64,000 nucleotides of DNA from a virus: the IMG/VR virus record IMGVR_UViG_3300018079_000003, positions 1 to 64,000 of that record. One strand, written 5' to 3'. The number at the start of each line of letters is the position of its first letter. The stretch's first letter is position 1. The notes below the pieces were generated by a model that searched no databases, was not told the origin of the DNA, and saw only the letters and a program-made list of their open reading frames with translations. Shown one piece after another: positions 34,820-44,779 of this stretch. The position numbers and the translations under genes were made by a program.

Positions 34820-35392
34820 AATGGAGTTGAGGATTCTACCAGCGCCGGGAGCCGGTCCCGAAGTCGGAGCGCCCTGACTGACGTTCTTGATCCTCGCCGT
34901 GGTAAGCTTGTTTTGCGTGCTCGCGGGCGCGGGTGATGGAGATGGGCCGGGAGTGGGGACATCAGCCGTCTTCGGTCCCGAGGGCGTGGACGCATTCAAA
35001 ACAGGATTTCCCTCGCCAGACTGGGAAATGGATTGAGACACCTGATCGAACGGCGGGGCGACTTCTAGCAACCTTCCCTGCTTGTCGGCTTCCATAAGGT
35101 CATTGCCCGCGAGGTAAAGCTGGTTGAACATTACCCCAAGGTCTCCCGCAATGCTGCGGTATAGGCCCACACCCGCCCGCTGTAGGGCGTCTTTGTTGTC
35201 GGCGATCAGTTTAGCCTCTGGGCGCTTCTCGAACGTTGCAATGGCCGTGGAGAACGCAGGCGGGGCACCGGCAAACAGCCCTCGAATGGCCGGAAGTTGC
35301 AATAACTCGTCCGGGAAGTCCCCGCCTTGGGACTGGGTTGTGGGGGTCACTTCGGGCGTGGAAGATTTCGGTTCGACGATATTTTCTGCCAT
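34802..35392 (-). CDS. Virion-module hypothetical protein with a Pro/Ser-rich C-terminus
   Basis: Start taken at MAENIVEPK (ATG 35392), just after the stop of the giant gene. Confidence 0.45.
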   Translation of the reverse strand: MAENIVEPKSSTPEVTPTTQSQGGDFPDELLQLPAIRGLFAGAPPAFSTAIATFEKRPEAKLIADNKDALQRAGVGLYRSIAGDLGVMFNQLYLAGNDLMEADKQGRLLEVAPPFDQVSQSISQSGEGNPVLNASTPSGPKTADVPTPGPSPSPAPASTQNKLTTARIKNVSQGAPTSGPAPGAGRILNSILKPVI

Positions 35393-35399
35393 ATAGTAA

Positions 35400-38300
35400 T
35401 TAGTGCGCCAATTTGCGCGGTTTGACGAGGGATTCTGCAAGGGCGTTTGCTGCCGCCTGTTCATCTACCCGTCTTTCTGCGTTTTGTTTGGGGGAAAAAA
35501 TAATTTCGTAAGGATCAGATTTTGTGTTAAAATACCCCGTTCGTTGTTTTTTATCTCGATCCATAAATTTGAATCGTAAAACTTTTCCTCCACCCTCAGC
35601 CGGTTCTTCCGCTTCGATGATTACTTCCTGTTTTGGATATTTAATTAATTTAATTCCAGTATGGCGGGATGGAGTGACTTTGAGTCGGTCTCCGAGTTGC
35701 GGCGGTTGAAACTTCGCTGCGCCGACTTCCGGCAAACTCGTCGGCGGTTTGACAATTGATTCTTCTAGTGGAACCCACCCGCTTTCAGTCCACACTTCGG
35801 CACTTGTAATGGGGATTTTTTTAGTGGCATAATAATCTCCCGTCGATTCTTTTTTAAAATCTTTTGATTGCGGCAGGCGCAGCAACACCGGCTTTCCGTC
35901 TTCAGGAGCGAAGTGCCATGCGATATTAGCTTTGGTAGTCCAATATGATCTCTTTTCCGTAGATTTATCGGGCCAAGTTGATTGGTCCGTTCCATAAGAC
36001 GGGGGAAATATTAAAATATTTTTGGTGCGAAGGATGTCGCCTAGTCGCTCTTGATTACTCGCATGATAGACGTAGCCCGGATCAGTAGGAGTTTTGGAAT
36101 CGGGACTTTTCAGGGCATCCCAAAATTCTGGAGGTTGGAACGTCACGCCGACATCCGGGAGACCCGCCGTGTCGATTTCCTTGTTATTATAAAAAACTTT
36201 CAGGCCCTTCGTGACTGCGGCGTCTTCGATAGCCCCCCGTTGCGCGCGCGGCAGGGTTTCCCACCGGCCTGGACCCTCGATTCCGATAGTGTTTTCGTCC
36301 ACGTTGTAGGCGCGCAGGAATTTTCGCGCCCCCATAACTTCGTATAACTTCTCAACACCCCCCACGTCCATATCCCGCGCTAATTTATCAAGGTCAATAT
36401 CCAGATCACGCGCCGTATTAAGTTCATACGCCGCTTGCTCGTGACCTTCGGGCGCAAGAATTACGTCTCCCTTCGGGCCGATCCAATAGGCGGCTCCCGG
36501 ATCATTGCGCAACGCTGATTTCTTTTCCGCTCGTTCAACCGCCCTCTGGAATACTCGCTTCTTCGGTTGTAGTTGCACGGGCGCATCTTCGGCTATTTGC
36601 GCGGGTCTGTCAATTGGAAATTTTGGCTGGTATTTAGGGTTGATTTGACGAAAATGAAACCCCGCAGAGCCTTCGCCCGTGGCGGCTTCCCACGCCTCAC
36701 GAAAAAATTGTTGCTGGGCCACGACGTTCATCGCCGAATCAATGTCTGTTTGGATAAGTGCTTCGGCGCGTTTCCCAAAAGAATCGGAAGCGGCTTTTAG
36801 TAATTGAACAAACTCAGGAGTGGCCGATTTTAAGCCGACTGCGTGTGCGTATGTAGTGAATCCTTTTGTATCGGTTGCCCATTTACCGAATTCCTGCGGC
36901 GTCATCTTGGCGATGGATTTCACCAATTCTTCGGCCTGTTCCGCGTTTTTAGGCGGTTGAAATTTTGTTGCCGCCGCGTCAAGGGCGGCGTCTCTAACCG
37001 TTTTAGGAAGCTGACTGGTTTCTAATTCTTCCGTTGTGAGGCCCCGTGCTGTTTCTTCTGTCGCTTGACCGATTTCTTTAGCCCGGCTAAGAGCATCCGA
37101 GCGGTTAAGAAATTCACCGGCATGGGTCGTAAATCCATCAGTAAATGGACCTTCCGCGCCCACTACTCGGGCGTTTTGTTCTGCGTCTCCGTGCCAAAAA
37201 CCTTCCCAAATTTTACCGCGCTCGTCCCGGACGGCGGCTGATTTAATAGCTCGCGGCTCGGCACTAGGTTGAAATCGACGTAGTTGATCAAAATCAAAGG
37301 ATTCTAATGGATACTCGGGGTAGTCTTTTGGAACCTGTTCTAAATCCTTTGCTCGTTCAATTGCATCCGTGCGATTCAAGAACTCTCCCGAATGGGTGAT
37401 AAATCCGTCTTCTAGCCGGTTTAAAAAATCTTCTTTTGGAGAGTTATATGTTTCAAATTGGAGTCCCTTTGTGACCGCATCGGAATGAAACATACCCTCA
37501 TATATTTTTCCGCTTGGGAATCGAATAGCAGCCGATTTTATTGCACGAGGATTTTCTTTTTTAGGCTGAAATCCCGCTGACAAGGTCAACGTATTACCCC
37601 GAAATTGCGGCTGTTCCGGCGTGACCTGAAGCTGTTTGATATTTTCCAGATTCAACCGCTGTATGGCTTCAATAAATTCCGGCATCGCGATTCCTTTCGC
37701 TTGGGCGGCGGCTTCGATCTGCTGACGAAGCGGATTCACTTCCATAATTTCGCGACCGGCGATCCCCTGCCTCTCTGCCTCCGGCCCCTCAAACTTACCA
37801 CGGGGAATCACCGGCACCTCGACGCGGCCCGGCAGCGTCGCGGCGCTCACCTCTTGGGCGGCAATATTGAGCGGCAATTTTCCTTTTTGAATTCGCGCCG
37901 TATCCGGCAACCGAAAATTGAAAAGCATGTTGATGAAATCGGCGCGGCCTTGATCTAAGCCCGAAGCGGCCCCCCGCGGGGGAGGGGCGAAAAATCCCAC
38001 ATCCGTAACGCTCTTGGGGACCACAAGTGGCTCGCCCGCGCCGGTGCGACCGGCCATTTGATTTCTAACGAACTGTTCAGTATCTTTGAATAGTTGCTGC
38101 CAGCCCTCGGGGGTAAGGGTGTCCCCGGCGATAGGGTAAGGCGACGCATCGGCGACCCCCAACTCGACTAATTTCGACGCGAGTTTGTGCGCGTTGGCAG
38201 AAAATACTTCGGGCGACCAGCCTAGGATTTGGTATTTGTCGCCCTTCAGTTTGATGACCCGCTCGGGGAAGAAATTCTTTTCCCATAGCGCACGGGCTTC

Positions 38301-40883
38301 GGGCGGCATAGTGCGAAAGGTTTCGATCAATGCCCTTCGGGCTTCACGATTTGAAGTCGTGGCGGCGGCTGGCTCTCCCGGCGCAGATAAATAATTGACT
38401 TTTACTCCGGCTTGTTGCGCAATTGCTTCCGCAACCTGACCAAGGATTTCTCGCTGAGTTTGAGTGCCTCCGGGCACGGGAATTTCCGGTGCGGATTTGG
38501 CGATTACCCGAGCTTGCTCGGCGTTATCCGTGGGCGCGGGGGCCGTCGTTGGACCGGGCTGAATGGTTGGACGGGCGGAAGGTTGGCGGGGTTCGACGGG
38601 AATACCTTGCGCGGCTTCCCGGACGGCCTCGGTGACTCGAAACTTGGGGGCAACTTGGCCAATTTGGGATACGCGCCCGGGCGACAACGGTTCGCCGCCT
38701 AGAGTAGAAACCAGTTGTGCTACGATGCGAGCCAATCGTCCAGTCAGACCGGAAACATTTTCTAAATTCCCGCTTTTGAAAACTACGTCGAAATTCTCGG
38801 CGGCGAGTTCGCGCGCGAGATACGAGTCGGCTACAGCCGTAGCTTCTTGGGGAGAAAGAATATCCCGCCATGCGTGCTGTGCAATCGAGTTTGGTTCTAC
38901 GCCAGGGTTGGCCTGAACCGCCCGGTCCATGATTTCACCGAGTGTCGCTTTAACCCGGTCTTGCACGAAGCCTGCCTGCGGCTCCGCACCCGTAGCGGCA
39001 CGGTATTCATTGGCAACGGTCATCGCGATTTTTTCCTTTGCGTAGTTCAAGCCCGTGCCGGTGGCGTCGAGGATGACTTCCCGCCAGTCGCCGGGTCCAA
39101 TTCGGGAGGCGTATCGAGTGCCTTCGTTTTCCCATTGGGTGCTGTAGTCTTCCCGCACAATCCGGTCAATCGCTTGGTTGGCGCTTTCTCCTAAAACATC
39201 TTGAATAGGGTGAAATACCTCATGCGGGGCCGCATCGACATTTCGCATGAGAATAACCCGGCTGGGTTTTCCATCTTTACCCGGCAGATTTGCGGTAAAA
39301 AATCCCTCCTGCTCCGCAAAAGTTTTTGATTGCTCCGGGGAAAACCCCGCCTTTAATAACGCTTGCTCGGCGGCAGGAATTTCTTTAGGAAGCATAAAGG
39401 CATCCATAGGCATCCCCGTTCCCTTCATAAACGCGCGGATCGCGTTCAAATGAGTCTGTTGTGCGGGAGAAAGCGCGCCATAGGCGTTCCGATGAATTTG
39501 GTCCAGAACTGGAAATTGGCTGGAAGAAGGAACGGGCTTATCACTCCCCCACGCGCGCGGGCCTACGAGTTGGCCGCTGATAATCCGGCCTCCTGCGCGC
39601 CGGGCAGCGCCAAGGCCACCGAAGAAAGCGCCGATACCGACCGACTGCGTGTCTTGCGGACTTTCTGACGTAAGCGCCGCCGTGCCTATATCAAACGCGA
39701 GACCCTTGCTGATTTCATACGCGGCCATTGGAATCGACCCGGCCACGTCTTTTGCGAGTTGCGTGACGCCGGATCGAACTGGAACCGCGCCTGCGATCTG
39801 CTCACCGGCACCCGCGATTTTTTGTCCAATTTCTGCCACTGTGCGTCCGGTTCGCGCCGCGATTTCTCCGGTCTTTAATCCGGCCAGCGCCCCGAGCGGC
39901 CCTCCTTTAATTGCCCCCGCCGTAACCCCGACTGCCGGACCAGCGATTTTAACCGCCTTGCCGCCTAGTTCTGTTAACACTCCTGCGGTTTGGATTCCGC
40001 GACCAGCTACAACTTCTGCCGCCTTGTCTGCCTTTGCGACGATTTTTTCAGCCCCGGCTGCAACTTTACCCGGAATCAACCTGCCTGCGCCTTGAAAAAG
40101 TTTCCCAAAAGTCCAAAACGAAACCGGGTCGCCCGGCGCAAGGGCCGCTACTTCTGCTTCGCGGATGGGTTTACCAGACATTTCAAGGTCTTTGCGAACT
40201 TCTTCGCTCACGCCCGAGGGTATTAAAAATCCGCTCCCACCTTTTATAATTTTGTCCTCCGCCTCACTTAACCGCACGTCATCCCATAAGTCTTTTATTT
40301 TTTCTTCCGCCGTGCGCGAAGCGGTAACTCTACGAGTAATTTTATCTGCCAGTTTTTGTCCAGATCGACCTATACCAAATAAAGCCGTTTCTGTCCCGGT
40401 GAGATTTTCCAACACCCGTCGCTGTCCTTCCTGCGTCAACTCTTGCGTGAATCCGGGTCGGCTTGCGTCACCGGTAACTTCTCCGATGGCCGAAGCAATC
40501 GGAACGCCCACAAGCGCGTTGGCGTAGTTCCACGCTTGTTTTCCCAATCCTTTTATTAAACTCCCAACGGCGGTCGCAGCTTCTCCGATGGTGGGAGCGT
40601 CTTCAAATTTAAACCCTCGCTCTTTGATTCGATCCTGAACGTCGGCGACTTTTTGAATAATCGCGGGATCAGACTGCAAATCTTTGTTTTGACGGAGGGC
40701 CTTTACCGGGTGAAAGTGCTCGGGGTCTTGGATAGACAGACTAAACAAGTCATCGGCGGACAGGTCGCGAATCGGATTTACCTCGGAAGGACCGGATGCT
40801 GATTGATAAAATTCAATTTCTTCGGGCGTCGGAGTATCCGCTTGATAAAACTCAATTTCTTCGGGAGTAGGAGTGCCGGCCAT
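35400..40883 (-). CDS. Giant multidomain virion protein (1827 aa; ejected or internal polyvalent-type protein)
   Basis: Uninterrupted 5.5-kb ORF at the distal end of the internal-protein cluster. It has a Gly/Ala-rich hydrophobic segment, tandem domain repeats and recurrent FQP linkers. Confidence 0.7.
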   Translation of the reverse strand: MAGTPTPEEIEFYQADTPTPEEIEFYQSASGPSEVNPIRDLSADDLFSLSIQDPEHFHPVKALRQNKDLQSDPAIIQKVADVQDRIKERGFKFEDAPTIGEAATAVGSLIKGLGKQAWNYANALVGVPIASAIGEVTGDASRPGFTQELTQEGQRRVLENLTGTETALFGIGRSGQKLADKITRRVTASRTAEEKIKDLWDDVRLSEAEDKIIKGGSGFLIPSGVSEEVRKDLEMSGKPIREAEVAALAPGDPVSFWTFGKLFQGAGRLIPGKVAAGAEKIVAKADKAAEVVAGRGIQTAGVLTELGGKAVKIAGPAVGVTAGAIKGGPLGALAGLKTGEIAARTGRTVAEIGQKIAGAGEQIAGAVPVRSGVTQLAKDVAGSIPMAAYEISKGLAFDIGTAALTSESPQDTQSVGIGAFFGGLGAARRAGGRIISGQLVGPRAWGSDKPVPSSSQFPVLDQIHRNAYGALSPAQQTHLNAIRAFMKGTGMPMDAFMLPKEIPAAEQALLKAGFSPEQSKTFAEQEGFFTANLPGKDGKPSRVILMRNVDAAPHEVFHPIQDVLGESANQAIDRIVREDYSTQWENEGTRYASRIGPGDWREVILDATGTGLNYAKEKIAMTVANEYRAATGAEPQAGFVQDRVKATLGEIMDRAVQANPGVEPNSIAQHAWRDILSPQEATAVADSYLARELAAENFDVVFKSGNLENVSGLTGRLARIVAQLVSTLGGEPLSPGRVSQIGQVAPKFRVTEAVREAAQGIPVEPRQPSARPTIQPGPTTAPAPTDNAEQARVIAKSAPEIPVPGGTQTQREILGQVAEAIAQQAGVKVNYLSAPGEPAAATTSNREARRALIETFRTMPPEARALWEKNFFPERVIKLKGDKYQILGWSPEVFSANAHKLASKLVELGVADASPYPIAGDTLTPEGWQQLFKDTEQFVRNQMAGRTGAGEPLVVPKSVTDVGFFAPPPRGAASGLDQGRADFINMLFNFRLPDTARIQKGKLPLNIAAQEVSAATLPGRVEVPVIPRGKFEGPEAERQGIAGREIMEVNPLRQQIEAAAQAKGIAMPEFIEAIQRLNLENIKQLQVTPEQPQFRGNTLTLSAGFQPKKENPRAIKSAAIRFPSGKIYEGMFHSDAVTKGLQFETYNSPKEDFLNRLEDGFITHSGEFLNRTDAIERAKDLEQVPKDYPEYPLESFDFDQLRRFQPSAEPRAIKSAAVRDERGKIWEGFWHGDAEQNARVVGAEGPFTDGFTTHAGEFLNRSDALSRAKEIGQATEETARGLTTEELETSQLPKTVRDAALDAAATKFQPPKNAEQAEELVKSIAKMTPQEFGKWATDTKGFTTYAHAVGLKSATPEFVQLLKAASDSFGKRAEALIQTDIDSAMNVVAQQQFFREAWEAATGEGSAGFHFRQINPKYQPKFPIDRPAQIAEDAPVQLQPKKRVFQRAVERAEKKSALRNDPGAAYWIGPKGDVILAPEGHEQAAYELNTARDLDIDLDKLARDMDVGGVEKLYEVMGARKFLRAYNVDENTIGIEGPGRWETLPRAQRGAIEDAAVTKGLKVFYNNKEIDTAGLPDVGVTFQPPEFWDALKSPDSKTPTDPGYVYHASNQERLGDILRTKNILIFPPSYGTDQSTWPDKSTEKRSYWTTKANIAWHFAPEDGKPVLLRLPQSKDFKKESTGDYYATKKIPITSAEVWTESGWVPLEESIVKPPTSLPEVGAAKFQPPQLGDRLKVTPSRHTGIKLIKYPKQEVIIEAEEPAEGGGKVLRFKFMDRDKKQRTGYFNTKSDPYEIIFSPKQNAERRVDEQAAANALAESLVKPRKLAH

Positions 40884-40885
40884 AT

Positions 40886-42322
40886 CTACGGAACATATAC
40901 AAACTTAGAGCCGTCCCACTGCATTCGTCGGCCCGAAGGGAGGGTTTTGATCTCTCCCGACACCCCCTGAACAACGGGTTTTGGCACGCCAAACATTCCC
41001 CCCGTTACTGCCGTTTTTTCCGCTGCGTCCAACCAATTTTCTTCCTCCGCCGTCAGTGTCGTAGACCCACGGGGGGCGGCTCCATTTAAAACATCCACGT
41101 TTTTACGCACGATTCGTTCCCATGAATTGAGGAAAGAATCCCAAGTCGCTGACGTAGATGAAAGTTTCGGATACGACGCCTGTAAAAAACGAATATCTTT
41201 ATCCGACAGATTACCTTTAAGTTTTTGCGCGCCTTCCATCACTTTTTTATTAACGGCCTGTGCCAACTGATCTTGCGATTGATATTGATTGGTGCGCAAT
41301 CCAAAAAACGCCGCCACGGGATTCAGAATTTCAGAAAATAATTTACTCCCCCCGCGCGGACCTATTACATCACTGCGTAAAAGCGGGCGCGCTTTTGTAA
41401 TGGTCGAGAGCGTTTCCATAGATTCCGCCAACTCACCGGAAATGTCTTGCGCCATTTTTGCGGCCCCTTTTTGTGGCTTGACGCCGAGACTTATGCCCCC
41501 TCCGGGCACATCAACGACCGGTTTCGCGGACTGCTTGGATTGCACTTGACTGGGCAAAAATCTCTGAATCTCAGCGTCCCGTTCTATAGGACTTGCTCCG
41601 GCCCTAGGCGTTACTTGAAGTTCTGACGGAACGGACTCAATGGGTCGCTCGGATTCCACGGATGGCTCGGGTTTTCGGGCGCGAACTGTCCCCGGAAACG
41701 CAAAATCATTGGGGGTAGTATCTTCGGTAGTTCCGGGAACCAAATCGGAAAAAGGATTGGCGGCATCCCTAGAAAACCTATCCCGAACTGTCTTGTCTAT
41801 TTCCTGTCCAAATTTGTTTATAAAAACCGGCTCGGTGCTCCCATCAGGAAGGTGGCGGATAAGAGGGGGGCCAGCGGGGGTGATCTGATCCAATGCTACT
41901 TGTTGCCGTGCTTTACGCACCGCAAGTTGCGCTCCCAGCTCAGACATTTTTTGATAATCTGGCCGCCCATCGGAGGTCATCGGTTGCGCAATGCCTGCTG
42001 CGGGAGCAAGAGTCTGAAAGTTTTGTAAATTGGTTCCAAACGTTAGTTGTGCTTCTTGGGCTTCCGCCGAGTGCTTGCGCCGCGCTACGGCATCAGGATT
42101 AGTTTGTTCCTCGGCAATTTGAATAGTCGCCTTTCGTTGCGCGGCTTCGACTGGCTTGTTTTGAATCCGGGCAGTGATATCTTCCGCCGTTATAAAACCC
42201 TTGCGAACGGAATCCGACAACGCTTCTACTGCCGAAGGTGTAACCACCGGCTCCGCTAAACCAATTAGTGAATTAGGATCAATACGACCGAGTGGAGTAT
42301 TTGGTGTTAATTCATTGGCCAT
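40886..42322 (-). CDS. Internal virion protein (hypothetical)
   Basis: 478 aa. Assigned by its position between the tail genes and the giant protein. Confidence 0.4.
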   Translation of the reverse strand: MANELTPNTPLGRIDPNSLIGLAEPVVTPSAVEALSDSVRKGFITAEDITARIQNKPVEAAQRKATIQIAEEQTNPDAVARRKHSAEAQEAQLTFGTNLQNFQTLAPAAGIAQPMTSDGRPDYQKMSELGAQLAVRKARQQVALDQITPAGPPLIRHLPDGSTEPVFINKFGQEIDKTVRDRFSRDAANPFSDLVPGTTEDTTPNDFAFPGTVRARKPEPSVESERPIESVPSELQVTPRAGASPIERDAEIQRFLPSQVQSKQSAKPVVDVPGGGISLGVKPQKGAAKMAQDISGELAESMETLSTITKARPLLRSDVIGPRGGSKLFSEILNPVAAFFGLRTNQYQSQDQLAQAVNKKVMEGAQKLKGNLSDKDIRFLQASYPKLSSTSATWDSFLNSWERIVRKNVDVLNGAAPRGSTTLTAEEENWLDAAEKTAVTGGMFGVPKPVVQGVSGEIKTLPSGRRMQWDGSKFVYVP

Positions 42323-42325
42323 AAA

Positions 42326-42928
42326 TTATAAACCCCAAGTGCCGGGCATCGCCGGGCCGGTCCAACCTCGATTTCGCAGGGGTTGACGCCCGGTAGAAAA
42401 AGAAGACCAAGGCATGTTTAACCAATTAAGTTCGCCCTCTTTCCGTAAAACTTTTTCTCGGTCTTGATACATTTGACGAAGACCTTCCGTGGCTTGAAAC
42501 GGACTGTATTGCAAATCTTTTTGCTGGCGCTGAAGATACCCTAAAGCGTTTTGGGATTCCATTTGTTTTTGCACTTCATTGTTTTGCAACCGTGCCTGAA
42601 CCGCCTGCTCGCGCGCTAGGGCAGTTTGGGCCTCGACCAAATCCGGGTTGGCTTGATTGCCTTGAGTAAGCCCGAGCATTTCTGAGATGAGATTAAGAAT
42701 ATCTTCATTACCACCCGATCCGCCTTGTAAAAATGCCGGGAGGTTATTTGTAGCGGTGGGCGAGGCAACCACGGGCGGAGCTATCACCGACCCCCGAGTT
42801 GTAGACGGAGAAGAAGTCAGCGCCCGGCGAGTTACGTTGTCACCCCCGACACTAATGCGTCGTTTATACTCTTTCAGTTTGTCCCCAACCATTTGAGGCA
42901 TCAAACTTGCACCAGTCCATCCAGCCAT
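42326..42928 (-). CDS. Internal virion protein (hypothetical)
   Basis: 200 aa. Assigned by position only. Confidence 0.4.
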   Translation of the reverse strand: MAGWTGASLMPQMVGDKLKEYKRRISVGGDNVTRRALTSSPSTTRGSVIAPPVVASPTATNNLPAFLQGGSGGNEDILNLISEMLGLTQGNQANPDLVEAQTALAREQAVQARLQNNEVQKQMESQNALGYLQRQQKDLQYSPFQATEGLRQMYQDREKVLRKEGELNWLNMPWSSFSTGRQPLRNRGWTGPAMPGTWGL

Positions 42929-42931
42929 ATA

Positions 42932-43879
42932 TTATGCGGGATTACGAAAATAGTATTCTTCGTCGCTCATGCGGTTCGAGGGTTGCATTAAAATATTCAA
43001 AAGACTACCGGCTGCGGACCCCGCTCCGCCGATTGCTCTCCCCCATTGTTCCGCCGCCCCCATTGTTCCAGACGCTCCAATATCTGCAATGCGTTGGTCA
43101 AGTTTATTTGTCGCTCCCACACGCGCGAGCCAAAGGTTAGCGATATCAGAACCCCCAAGTCCCGATTCGGGTCGCATCGCATTGGATTGGGTTAAAATAC
43201 CTTGAGTCGCTCCCAGCTTACTTAATGATTGAGCCGCAAGACTAGGAAATAAACTACCAAGAATTGCTTGACGCTTCGCGTCCATGTCTTGCGCGGCCTG
43301 TGCCAGTTGCGTCGCACGAGTTTGACGATCCGATTTTAACTTCAGCGCGGCGGTCCCAATCAATTCTCGTAAAATATTTCCCCCCGGCCCACCCGCCGTA
43401 GCAGAACCGCTCATTTGACCCGTGCGTTCAAGCCCTGCCTGCATGAGTTCCGCCTGAACGTCTGGGGGCAAGGTTGCCCCAGCATTAAGTTCAGACATCG
43501 CGGAGTCGATAAGCCTCGCCTTAATGTCATCGAGGCCGGGGACGCCTCGGATTGCTTCCTGTGCCGCAACCGCCGCGACTTGATCGGACGCATCACCCGT
43601 CAGTCCCGCCAAGCGATCAGAAATTGCTTTTTGAGCGTCGTAACGCTGTTGCAGGAGCATCGGGTCGATAACCCCTTGAAGTTCCAACCTAGCCTTTGCA
43701 CGCGCGACATCAGCGGCCCTCGCTTTGGCCCCAATTTTCTTTGGGTCCAACTGTTGAAAAACCCACTCGCGTTGCCGCTCTAGGGCCTTGATTTGGGCGT
43801 TTGTCGCGTCCTCAATCGCATTGGCTTGCATCGCGCCACCGATGATACTACCGGCTGCGCCAAAAAGAGCACCCCACAT
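42932..43879 (-). CDS. Internal virion protein (hypothetical)
   Basis: MWGALFGAAGSIIGGAMQ is a Gly-rich hydrophobic N-terminus. ATG 43879 has GAGGG 9 nt upstream; the track start is TTG 43888. Confidence 0.4.
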   Translation of the reverse strand: MWGALFGAAGSIIGGAMQANAIEDATNAQIKALERQREWVFQQLDPKKIGAKARAADVARAKARLELQGVIDPMLLQQRYDAQKAISDRLAGLTGDASDQVAAVAAQEAIRGVPGLDDIKARLIDSAMSELNAGATLPPDVQAELMQAGLERTGQMSGSATAGGPGGNILRELIGTAALKLKSDRQTRATQLAQAAQDMDAKRQAILGSLFPSLAAQSLSKLGATQGILTQSNAMRPESGLGGSDIANLWLARVGATNKLDQRIADIGASGTMGAAEQWGRAIGGAGSAAGSLLNILMQPSNRMSDEEYYFRNPA

Positions 43880-43897
43880 TTTAAGCAACCCTCATAC

Positions 43898-43931
43898 AGT
43901 AATTAGTGGATATTTTTTTACCTTTTGACAA
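43898..43931 (-). promoter_or_regulatory. CACT-type motif (TTGTCA-N17-CACTAA; CCACTAATTACT)
   Basis: Lies in the 60-nt gap upstream of 42932..43879. CACTAATTACT recurs at 35395..35405. Confidence 0.35.
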
Positions 43932-43948
43932 GTTATCTCGCGCCCGCA

Positions 43949-44770
43949 CTAATCTTTTTGAAGCGTCCATAAAGCAATACCGGGAGGATGAAAAACCCCC
44001 CCGTCGTTGGGCGTATCTGGAATATCTTCGGCTTCGCCAAATGTCTCAAACGCCGCGTGCGGAGCAACTCCCGCCGCCGTAGTGAGTGTAGTTTCTGGCG
44101 TCCCGCCCGAATCTTTTGTGGCCTGCACCAACCAGCGACCCCGCACATTTTGGTTTGCTCCGCCAAACACCGACCATCCGGGGTTTGCCGTCAGGGCCTC
44201 GGTCAAGACCGTATAGGCCACTTGTTTGATGTCTCCGGGCACGCCGGAAATAGTTCGCCATAAATTTCGCTCCCACCAAATCCAAACTGAAATGGTTGTG
44301 TCATAATACTTTTGAAATTCTACCGGCGCTGAGGGACGAGAAGCGGTGGAACCCGATAAATCAATTCCCGAAAAAGGAATCCATGCCGTGCCGTTATAAA
44401 CGTGCCAACTAATCGGGTTGCCGATACTCGGATCGGCTTCAGTCGGATCATGGGTGGTGCGCAACCACACCGGAGGGTCGGCCACTAAGGGCGTGCTTGT
44501 CCCGGTTTGAAACCATTGCTGTTCCGATGCAGAAATATCCAGCGGCACATATCGTTTGAGGTCCACGTCAAAGACCCACCATTGGGTTCCGTTTTTCAAC
44601 CATGGTCCTACATTTGAGGTCGGCTCAGTATCGCCGATGAAAATAAAATTTGCGCCGGTGGGCGAAACAATTTTCATACGCCGCACCATCGCTTCGGCTA
44701 AATCCGGCGGAGTCCCCCGAAACGTCGGGGGGATTTGCCCCATAATAATGATCAGATTTGTATCGTTCAT
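43949..44770 (-). CDS. Tail fibre/tail-associated protein (hypothetical)
   Basis: 273 aa. Assigned from position in the tail module and a general resemblance of the N-terminus to fibre proteins. Confidence 0.3.
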   Translation of the reverse strand: MNDTNLIIIMGQIPPTFRGTPPDLAEAMVRRMKIVSPTGANFIFIGDTEPTSNVGPWLKNGTQWWVFDVDLKRYVPLDISASEQQWFQTGTSTPLVADPPVWLRTTHDPTEADPSIGNPISWHVYNGTAWIPFSGIDLSGSTASRPSAPVEFQKYYDTTISVWIWWERNLWRTISGVPGDIKQVAYTVLTEALTANPGWSVFGGANQNVRGRWLVQATKDSGGTPETTLTTAAGVAPHAAFETFGEAEDIPDTPNDGGVFHPPGIALWTLQKD

Positions 44771-44779
44771 AAAATTATA

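Noticed and set aside
35400-40883. Giant ORF considered as a virion RNA polymerase (N4 or crAss type).
   Set aside because: I found no DxDGD-type or T7-like polymerase motifs by eye. The phage also carries a sigma factor and sigma70-type promoters, which points to use of host RNAP.
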